Source: Opitutales bacterium
Lineage (GTDB): Bacteria > Verrucomicrobiota > Verrucomicrobiia > Opitutales > PNEW01
NCBI GenBank assembly: GCA_965219535.1
Contig: CBDCNV010000001.1
Span: forward strand, 420,001-452,000
Direction of reading: 5' to 3'
DNA length: 32,000 nucleotides
Part shown: positions 1 to 7,360 of the stretch, in pieces
Numbering within the stretch: the stretch's first letter is position 1
Layout of the letters: each line of letters starts with the position of its first letter
The notes under the pieces: generated by a model
The model's input: the letters and a program-made list of their open reading frames with translations, nothing else
Told to the model about the DNA's origin: nothing
Database searches by the model: none
Program-made: the position numbers and the translations under genes

Positions 1-1575
1 AACGGTAAAGGTGCCGCTCCCGGAAAATTCAACCTGCACGATGTCTTCGTCTTCGTCCATAAACGATACCCGAGTAATTTGATTCGGTCTCGCTTGAAGC
101 TGAATGGATTCACCCGTGAGCAGGATCTGGTCAAAGACATTACCATTCGGATGCTGAATATTTTCACCGGCGATATCACCTGACCCATTGAGGACAAGGG
201 GGACAGATGGAGCAGCCACGGTGATGACTGCAGTATCACTGTCGGTATTTCCTCCAGCATTGGAAATCCATACCCAGAAGCTTGTGCTCGCGGTGAGCGC
301 GCCGGTGTCTAAAGTGCTACCGGTCGCGCCGCCTACAGGAGCAGCGGTGTCACCGCTGTTACCGGTATACCATTGATAGCTCAAGTCTTCTCCACTGGCG
401 GTAACGGACAAACTCACCGAAGTGCCGGACTGCACTGCCTGGCTCGCGGGCTGAGTAGTGATGGATGGACCTTGTGCAGTAGGCGTATCTTCGAAACCCG
501 GCGCACCGATCGGGGTAAAACCGAAATCGTCGATGCTCGTCGAGCTGATATTAAGATTTGCACGTATATTATCAGTATAGGTTATTTTGGCAATGCCGCC
601 CACCGCACCCAATTCACTGGCTATTAATATAACCTGAAAAGGAAGGGTATTGGGGCTGAGGAATGCCGGCAGATCTTCGATCGTAACGAGCAAATTATCT
701 TCCGTGTCAAATACCTCAATCGTACCGTCATCTTCGCCAACCGCTTGATCAAAGATGGCTGCGGCATAGAATTGAACCCGTGCTGCCGGCGTTTCGAAAG
801 TGATCGTTCCGGTTTCACCTTCAAAAACTCTCCAGTAGTCGCAACATGAGCGGCTGAAACCTGAATGCAATGCTGTAAGGCCATTAGTAAACGTTGCGGT
901 AAAAGGAGATGAGCCAACCGTAAAATTATCAATTCCTGTGGTGAATTCTTCAAATCGGGTATGCACGGTATTATTTCTTGGCACTTCTGAATGGGTAAAA
1001 CCAAGATCATCGATGACTAATTTTCCCGTGACATTAAATAATTTAACTTCAGTGATACCGTCAAAGTAGTAGTCGATATCAACAAAATTTGAAATGCCTT
1101 CAGGCACATTGACGAACCGTTGCACAGGAGGATTGCTATCGGGGCTGATACTGGTCGGTAAGCCAGTTATTGTATATTGCGGTAGTGGTATTAAGATTAA
1201 TTCAACATATCTCTTTTCTAAGCTAATTTCACCGACATTCCCAGGACCCCCGGCTTCAATTTTGCCCGCGCCCGTGTTCTCAGCCACGTAAAATTCGATT
1301 TCAGCAATTCCCTTTTCAGTGAAGATCTTCCCTTCTTCACCGGGACCCAGGGTTATAGCTTTGGTTCCCGAATGTAAGAGTGATGGATCATCTAAAGTTT
1401 CCACCTTAAAGCCAACTAACTTGATCCGGTTTGGCTCTACACCGATAAAAATTTCACCTTCCCCGCTGATGTCCTCAAAATCCGTGAATACTTCGAGGTC
1501 CTGCGGAAGAGCGCGAAGAAGAGTCGGAAATAAAAGTGAAATCAATAATACAGCTACGATATATCTAAAGTGCAT
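1..1575 (-). CDS. Secreted modular protein, paralog of 12437..14725 (signal peptide, two beta-sandwich-like head modules, Ig-like domain, start of the shared C-terminal module). The 3' end runs off the window.
   Basis: Absent from the ORF track because there is no stop in the window. Hand translation of the minus strand from ATG 1575..1573 gives MHFRYIVAVLLISLLFPTLLRALPQDLEVFTDFEDISGEGE... The same frame (codon starts at positions divisible by 3) was checked at 1014 (VIDDLGFTHSE) and 66..1 (SFMDEDEDIVQVEFSGSGTFTV). Motifs EFYVAE/QFYAAA, IDDLGFT/IDDFGFT, YQWYTGNSGD and LNGSGDIAGENIQHPNGNVFDQILLTG are collinear with 12437..14725. Confidence 0.85.
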   Translation of the reverse strand, partial: MHFRYIVAVLLISLLFPTLLRALPQDLEVFTDFEDISGEGEIFIGVEPNRIKLVGFKVETLDDPSLLHSGTKAITLGPGEEGKIFTEKGIAEIEFYVAENTGAGKIEAGGPGNVGEISLEKRYVELILIPLPQYTITGLPTSISPDSNPPVQRFVNVPEGISNFVDIDYYFDGITEVKLFNVTGKLVIDDLGFTHSEVPRNNTVHTRFEEFTTGIDNFTVGSSPFTATFTNGLTALHSGFSRSCCDYWRVFEGETGTITFETPAARVQFYAAAIFDQAVGEDDGTIEVFDTEDNLLVTIEDLPAFLSPNTLPFQVILIASELGAVGGIAKITYTDNIRANLNISSTSIDDFGFTPIGAPGFEDTPTAQGPSITTQPASQAVQSGTSVSLSVTASGEDLSYQWYTGNSGDTAAPVGGATGSTLDTGALTASTSFWVWISNAGGNTDSDTAVITVAAPSVPLVLNGSGDIAGENIQHPNGNVFDQILLTGESIQLQARPNQITRVSFMDEDEDIVQVEFSGSGTFTV

Positions 1576-1624
1576 TGAAATATACGGGACATAATATTTA
1601 TGGCCCTAAATCTTAGGTAGGGCA

Positions 1625-2542
1625 TTACTCCTCAAGAAAAAACGGTTGGGTCCAGGCATTTCTCTCTCCCTCACCCCAACACTCGAAACGCAGGTAACCA
1701 GACATAGGCGGCCAATTTTCATCTTTGGATACATCCACTTTTATCATACCACTATCACTTGAGGCAATGCGTTGCCCATGTCGGGATATTCCTACGATTC
1801 TGCTCGCATTTTCACATTCTATTACGATTTCGGATCCTTCCACGTGAATGGTTTTTATGACGACACCGGTAGAACAATAAAAGCGTCCATTTTCTAATGA
1901 TTCCAAAATATTTTCAGAACTACGTGAGTCAGCATAAACAACATTCCATCCAACACCTGTATCAGAAATACCTGGCTTGCGGTTCCCCGCACACCAGAAA
2001 TGAGCATCATCATTCGCAAAGCCCCAAAGGCGACGTCCTTCAGAGAGGAGCATATCCCATTTGTTTGTCGCGTAAGGGCTGCCCGCTAACCTCCTTACAA
2101 TCGTATTAAAAATTTCAATGCCCACGTAATCTGTCCATTCATGCAAAAGTTCGATGGGACAAAAATTAAAACCAGGCGTGAGGTTAGGATGGGCAACAAC
2201 GACGAAACCCTGGGTGGCTTTTGCTTCATCGAAGACTAGCTGTCGGTTGACATGGGGTTCGATTAAACGGTCTCCATTTACATGCAATAAATGTGGACCA
2301 TCCTTTGATATTTCATTTCCCGGTATGAGCACGAGGCCCTTGTTGTCTATCTTTTCATATTCGGTGCGGCCGGTGAATATGTCATGGTCGGATATTGAAA
2401 GAAAATCGTAACCGTGGTCTGCGTAGGTATTTATTACCTCCTGCATAGAGTAAGTGCCGTCACTGTTGGTTGTGTGCGTGTGCAAATTCCCGCGAAGCCA
2501 GGTCCCGCCCTTTAAGTTTTCGTAGGGATGAGTTATTTGCAT
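1625..2542 (-). CDS. PHP-domain (polymerase/histidinol-phosphatase-like) metal-dependent phosphoesterase
   Basis: 305-aa ORF. N-terminal LRGNLHTHTTNSDG followed by FLSISDHD matches the His/Asp metal-ligand pattern of PHP-family hydrolases. Confidence 0.75.
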   Translation of the reverse strand: MQITHPYENLKGGTWLRGNLHTHTTNSDGTYSMQEVINTYADHGYDFLSISDHDIFTGRTEYEKIDNKGLVLIPGNEISKDGPHLLHVNGDRLIEPHVNRQLVFDEAKATQGFVVVAHPNLTPGFNFCPIELLHEWTDYVGIEIFNTIVRRLAGSPYATNKWDMLLSEGRRLWGFANDDAHFWCAGNRKPGISDTGVGWNVVYADSRSSENILESLENGRFYCSTGVVIKTIHVEGSEIVIECENASRIVGISRHGQRIASSDSGMIKVDVSKDENWPPMSGYLRFECWGEGERNAWTQPFFLEE

Positions 2543-2715
2543 GATAGGTTATCCTCGATTAAATAAACTTCATAGATTTTATTTTAATTATTGTTGAAAG
2601 CAGATAAATTGAAACACTCTATCGGTAATGCCAAGGGAAATGCCATGATTACTCAAAAGAAAACTAATGCGAGTAACAATCGACATTCGCCTATCGTACC
2701 GAGGGCGCAGTCCTT

Positions 2716-2789
2716 CAACAGTGAACAGTGAAACTTCGCTTTCTCTTAACAAAATTTAGACAAGAGATACATCATATATTATGCAACCC
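2716..2789 (+). repeat. Intergenic repeat, copy 1 (about 2 TGAACAG units plus a ~55-bp tail)
   Basis: aacagtgaacagtgaaACTTCGCTTTCTCTTAACAAAATTTAGACAAGAGATACATCATATATTATGCAACCC aligns with 5040..5132 at roughly three-quarters identity by eye. Confidence 0.7.
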
Positions 2790-2791
2790 AT

Positions 2792-2866
2792 GGTGGAGCG
2801 AGCTGTCCCTAGCACGCTTCTTCATTTTATTCATTCTCAAACGCGGTAGGGACACCGCGTTCCACC
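2792..2866. repeat. Palindromic intergenic element with a terminal hairpin AACGCGG-TAGGGACA-CCGCGTT
   Basis: The left arm GGTGGAGCGAGCTGTCCCTAGCACGC and the reverse complement of the right arm GGTGGAACGCGGTGTCCCTACCGCG are similar. They flank an AT-rich ~25-bp spacer. Confidence 0.7.
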
Positions 2867-2996
2867 TTGATAGCATTATTAAAAACTGAATGGACGATGA
2901 TTATTGCTTATCCTGGTCATACTGATAACTAACCATGGTTAAGTATTTTATTCTACCCGTCACATCAGGTCTACACGCTTCGACCTATTAAGCCTT

Positions 2997-5039
2997 ATGA
3001 AGATAAACATTTTTCGCAGCTTTCGGATAGCGATCACGTTATTAGTTATGGCTTTCATTACTGCGGTATGGGGCTGCGGCGGGAACAGAGAAACCCAATC
3101 AAAAGAAGGAGCGGACAAACCTGAACGGGCCGCGGTCAATTTAGAAGGATTCAGTTTTATTTATCAAGGTCCGCCAGTTGCACATTTCAGTGAAGCGCCA
3201 GTTCTAGCGCAGCGCGTTGCCACGGGTGAACTCCCTCCGGTCGAAGATCGCTTACCCGACGAGCCCTTGATAATACCGCCCATAGAACGCATTGGCCAAT
3301 ACGGGGGTACCTGGCGCCGCGGTTTTACGGGGCTTGATACTAACAACATGGACCGGATAATCCATGATCACGTCATTTACTTTGACTTCGACGGCTACAC
3401 CCTGATGCCACACATCGCGAAAGGATGGGACATCAGCGAAGACGGGAGAACATTCACTTTCTATCTGCGGAAGGGCATGAAGTGGTCCGATGGCGCTCCG
3501 TTCACAGCCGATGACTTCGTTTTCGCCTTTGAAGATGTGACATTGAATAAAGATTTAAATCCGGTAAAACCCAGCCACGCGATAGTGGATGGGCAGCTCT
3601 GCAAATGTGAAAAGATAGATGAGACGACGATTCGCTATACCTTTCATAAATCTAATTATGTGTTCATCGAGAAAGTTGCTGGTTTATTTATCGGCGGCCA
3701 GTTCACTCGCGGAGGGGGCGCACCTCTCTACGCACCCCGGCATTATTTAAAGCAGTTTCTCCCGAAGTATACTCCTTTGGAAGAACTAAAAAACAGGGCG
3801 AAGGCGGCGGGGGATGAAAGTTGGAAGACATACTTCCTACGCATAGCTTCACCCCACAAGAACCGCGGCTTGCCGGTTGTCGGTCCATGGAAGATGGTTA
3901 CTCCGCTGACGAGTGAAATCTACTCTTTGGAACGCAATCCCTACTACTACGCCATCGATCCCGAAGGGAATCAGCTTCCCTATATCGATAAGATTGAAAT
4001 GCTTCTGTTTGAAGACGTGGAGGTGTTCAATGCACGTGCCATTGCCGGTGAGGTGGATATGCAACATCGCCATATCCTGCTAGACAAAGTCCCTCTGATC
4101 AAGCGTGAGTCAGACAAGGGTGACCACCGCCTACTCTTATGGCCTAATCTGGGCGGTTCTGACGCCATCATCTATGTTAACCAGACCTGGGTGGGAGATC
4201 CCGAAATAGTAAAGTGGCTGAGAAGCCGAGATTTCCGAAAGGCCCTCTCGCTTGCTATTGATCGGGAGGAGATAAACGAATTAATTTTTCTGGGCATCGG
4301 GAAGCCAAGAGCTTTCCTCCCATTACCCAATAACCCGTATTATCCCGGTCCAGAATATGAGAGAAAGAATGCGGTTCGAGACCTGGAGCAATCCAATACG
4401 ATCCTCGACGCACTCGGTTTGGATAAGAGGGACAGTGAAGGCTACCGCTTGCGTACGGATAACAGGGGTCGTCTCAATATTAGAATCTCAGTGGCTGGTC
4501 AGACGTTTGTAAATTTTGATGATATAGCTGAACTCCTCGTGAATCACTGGAAAGATGTCGGCCTAAACATAAAATTAAATATTGAAGCGGAAACTTTATA
4601 TGGCGTACGTGCTACAAACAACGAACACCAACTTAGCATGGGGGTTGCTGGGGGTTCTGAAAACCCGTGGACTTACCCAGTTATGACCATACCCGTTAGT
4701 ACCGGTGCTTTTGCCCCGCGCGTTGGCTCATGGTATATATCCGAAGGTAAAAAGGGTAAAGCACCTTCCGGCGGTCTAAAACGTTTAGTGGAAATCTATG
4801 AGGAGGGTAATAGTTTACCCAAAAAAATGCGCACGGAACTGGGAAAAGAATTATGGAGAATTCATTCAGACAACCTGTATGTAATTGGAACGGTGGCAAT
4901 CTCCCGCCATGAACGGGGTTGTCGTGGTGAAAAAACAATTTTCGCAATGTTCCCGATGTCGCTCCCAATAGCGCAACATTGCAATCACCGGGTATTGCCC
5001 GCCCCGAACAATTCTTTTTTGAGGGAGAGTGATCCGTAG
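2997..5039 (+). CDS. ABC-transporter family-5 (peptide/oligosaccharide/nickel type) solute-binding protein with no adjacent permease genes. The 3' end appears frameshifted, so it may be a pseudogene or carry assembly errors.
   Basis: 680-aa ORF. Signal peptide with Cys (MAFITAVWGCGG, possible lipobox). Size and internal patterns (GYTLMPHIAKGWDISEDGRTFTFYLRKGMKWSDGAPFTADDFVF, ERNPYYY, RKALSLAIDREEI) are typical of family-5 SBPs. After about 4896 the family-like sequence continues in the other two frames; see the finding at 4890..5039. Confidence 0.8.
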   Translation: MKINIFRSFRIAITLLVMAFITAVWGCGGNRETQSKEGADKPERAAVNLEGFSFIYQGPPVAHFSEAPVLAQRVATGELPPVEDRLPDEPLIIPPIERIGQYGGTWRRGFTGLDTNNMDRIIHDHVIYFDFDGYTLMPHIAKGWDISEDGRTFTFYLRKGMKWSDGAPFTADDFVFAFEDVTLNKDLNPVKPSHAIVDGQLCKCEKIDETTIRYTFHKSNYVFIEKVAGLFIGGQFTRGGGAPLYAPRHYLKQFLPKYTPLEELKNRAKAAGDESWKTYFLRIASPHKNRGLPVVGPWKMVTPLTSEIYSLERNPYYYAIDPEGNQLPYIDKIEMLLFEDVEVFNARAIAGEVDMQHRHILLDKVPLIKRESDKGDHRLLLWPNLGGSDAIIYVNQTWVGDPEIVKWLRSRDFRKALSLAIDREEINELIFLGIGKPRAFLPLPNNPYYPGPEYERKNAVRDLEQSNTILDALGLDKRDSEGYRLRTDNRGRLNIRISVAGQTFVNFDDIAELLVNHWKDVGLNIKLNIEAETLYGVRATNNEHQLSMGVAGGSENPWTYPVMTIPVSTGAFAPRVGSWYISEGKKGKAPSGGLKRLVEIYEEGNSLPKKMRTELGKELWRIHSDNLYVIGTVAISRHERGCRGEKTIFAMFPMSLPIAQHCNHRVLPAPNNSFLRESDP

Positions 5040-5132
5040 TGAGTGAACAGTGAACAGTGAACAGTGAACAGTGAAGATTCGTCTTTTTGCTAACAAAATT
5101 CGGACAATATTTACATCATATAACATGTAGCC
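5040..5132 (+). repeat. Intergenic repeat, copy 2, headed by a TGAACAG heptamer tract (4 perfect units at 5044..5071 plus partial flanks)
   Basis: tgag-tgaacag x4-tgaag, then ATTCGTCTTTTTGCTAACAAAATTCGGACAATATTTACATCATATAACATGTAGCC. Same orientation as copy 1. Confidence 0.8.
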
Positions 5133-5362
5133 GATTGGGGAGAAATTATAATCGGTTATTAGATATTGAATCCCACTTGTCATTGCGCCTGTCGGCTTAG
5201 CCTTGGCGACGGCTGAAGGAGCAACGTGAAGTGGCAAACCAGGGGAATGTCAACACGTGACCGTTAACCCCCTGGATTGGAAGCTGTCGCTACGCTCGGT
5301 AAATACGGCAGACAAGCAGAATTCTATTTTTGGGTGTCACGATTAATGACTTCCAATTCTTC

Positions 5363-5797
5363 CTAGCTTATCCAACTTTTGTTCTTGGCGTGCTTCGAAT
5401 ACCAGATCAAAAACGCGGCCACCACCAGGGGCATCAGAATGTACATCGAGATCTCAAAGGGACCGAAGTCGATGGTTGAACCGGCCATGCCAAGGTATGG
5501 GATCATGTGCACAAGCATGCCAAGGAGTGACGCAATAAATAAATAGAACGCAGCAGACTTCCTGAGCAGAAGGAGAAGGGAGCCAAGCGCGCCACCGAAA
5601 ACAGCTATCGCAAAAGCTCCGGTGGCCCATGTGGGTCGGCCTTCAATTATCGCACGCTGCGCCTCGGGCATAGCAGTGAGCGCGTCTGCATTCATTTGCA
5701 TGAATAAATTCATGACGCCCATAAGATTCCAGATCAGTGCGACAGCGCCGATTATCCAGAAACTCCAGTGAACACCACCGACTTTCTTATCGTTCAT
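5363..5797 (-). CDS. Hypothetical integral membrane protein (about 4 TM helices)
   Basis: 144-aa ORF with four long hydrophobic segments (WSFWIIGAVALIWNLMGVMNLF, GAFAIAVFGGALGSLLLLL, FYLFIASLLGMLVHMIPYL, MYILMPLVVAAFLIWY). It lies directly downstream of pfp on the same strand. Confidence 0.6.
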   Translation of the reverse strand: MNDKKVGGVHWSFWIIGAVALIWNLMGVMNLFMQMNADALTAMPEAQRAIIEGRPTWATGAFAIAVFGGALGSLLLLLRKSAAFYLFIASLLGMLVHMIPYLGMAGSTIDFGPFEISMYILMPLVVAAFLIWYSKHAKNKSWIS

Positions 5798-5883
5798 AGC
5801 CTCTCCTTATTGCTTGTTATTCTATTGCCCGGGTAGAAAGTGTGACAACTTCTTCTGATCGACAGGACGATTTTGCAAGGAAA

Positions 5884-7146
5884 TCAATCTATAGTATAAG
5901 GAGCCAGTTTCTTATCCACCCGGTATTTGTCGAGGTGAACAAATTTTGGGACACCATTTTCGTAGGTAATCGGTAATTCACCCTGAACAAGTGGTAAAGC
6001 GTATTTGAAATACTGGAAATTAAGACTTACACCATCTTCATTAATCCAATTTTGTGGAATGTTCTTAACGTTATTAGCCACTTCTTCGAGATCACAAAGT
6101 CCGGTATCGCAACCATACTGATCAGAGTCACTGCGAACAAGCGTAACCATTTTATCAGTTTCCCCATTTACCGCAGCTCGCACCGCGGCCTGTCCGATTG
6201 CGAAAGATTCATCGCTATCTACCTGTGAGGACAAGTGAATAGCTGCGCGTTGAGCATAACCGAGTTTTGTAATGCGCGCATCCACACCTAAATGCTGCTC
6301 GACCATGGTACCAAGATATTCGCCGATACCGCCAAGTAGACTGTGCCCGAATGCATCTGTCTGCGTTGCTGAAGTAGTAACGTAATTACCGTCGCTATCT
6401 ATTAATCCTTCCCCCACAACGACAAAACAGGAATTCGCGGTTTTAAGAATACGCTTAACGTCCTCGATATATTTTTGCGGGGAAAATGCCACTTCAGGTA
6501 GATAAATTAAGTGAGGTGGATCGTGAGGGTGGTCCCGTCTTTTTGCCAGCGAAGCACCGGCGGCAATCCAGCCTGCGCTACGGCCCATAACTTCGAGGAT
6601 CATTACTAAATTACCGCGCCCCATTGCCTCGTTATCCTGGGCAATTTCTTTGACCGTCGTCGCCACATACTTAATGACGCTACCATAACCCGGGCAGTGG
6701 TCGGTGCCGACAAGATCATTGTCGATCGTTTTCGGGATACCAATGATTCGCATTTCATGGCCCTTTTCCTTTGACAACTTTGACAGCCTGTTCGCCGTGT
6801 CTTGGGAATCGTTACCGCCAATGTAGAAAAAAAAGCGAATATTATGCGCCTGAAAAACCTCGATAGCTCTTTCACAATCCTGCAGTTTTTTGAGCTTGAA
6901 TCTGCAGGTACTGAGAGCGGATGCAGGTGTAGAGCGCAACCCACGAATCGTTTGCTGGGATTCCTCAGCGAGGTCAACGATCTCCTCTTGAAGGATCCCC
7001 TGAATTCCATTCAGTCCGCCATACACTTCCTCAATGCATTCGTGATTAAGCGCTTCCGTAATGACGCCGGCCAAGCTGGCGTTTATAACGGAGGTCGGTC
7101 CTCCCGATTGCGCTACTAAACAATTACCTTCTAAATCATCTGCCAT
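5884..7146 (-). CDS. pfp: Diphosphate (PPi)-dependent 6-phosphofructokinase
   Basis: PFK motifs QSGGPTSVINAS, FFYIGGNDSQDT, IGIPKTIDNDL and MGRSAGWIA. The Asp in GGND-S and the Lys in PKTIDND sit where ATP-dependent enzymes have Gly (GGDGS, PGTIDND). The track ORF starts at 7197, but the ATG at 7146 (MADDLEGNCLVAQSGGP) fits family N-termini better. Confidence 0.85.
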   Translation of the reverse strand: MADDLEGNCLVAQSGGPTSVINASLAGVITEALNHECIEEVYGGLNGIQGILQEEIVDLAEESQQTIRGLRSTPASALSTCRFKLKKLQDCERAIEVFQAHNIRFFFYIGGNDSQDTANRLSKLSKEKGHEMRIIGIPKTIDNDLVGTDHCPGYGSVIKYVATTVKEIAQDNEAMGRGNLVMILEVMGRSAGWIAAGASLAKRRDHPHDPPHLIYLPEVAFSPQKYIEDVKRILKTANSCFVVVGEGLIDSDGNYVTTSATQTDAFGHSLLGGIGEYLGTMVEQHLGVDARITKLGYAQRAAIHLSSQVDSDESFAIGQAAVRAAVNGETDKMVTLVRSDSDQYGCDTGLCDLEEVANNVKNIPQNWINEDGVSLNFQYFKYALPLVQGELPITYENGVPKFVHLDKYRVDKKLAPYTID

Positions 7147-7360
7147 AAGTTCTATTTCTTGAAAAAAAAGGACACATTGCATGGCCGTTATAAACAAAGC
7201 AATCTTAAACTAATCACGATTGGGGTATGTCCATCCGTCACACGAGGCTTAAGACCTCGTCCCGCAATCGCGGGACTGTGCCTGGCAAGATGGAACGCAG
7301 GCGGGAACCACCCGCTGAACAATTGGGTGATAAATCACCAACCCCGCTAATCGCTAATGA

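Noticed and set aside
188-376. Antisense ORFs inside the module and Ig-like regions (188..376 +, 13717..13947 -, 14275..14622 -, 21762..21974 -, 28069..28314 -) resemble each other and could look like a conserved overlapping gene.
   Set aside because: They are mirror images of the strongly conserved sense frames in relatively GC-rich coding DNA. Their similarity follows automatically from conservation of the sense strand. They have no independent starts, RBSs or recognisable protein features.
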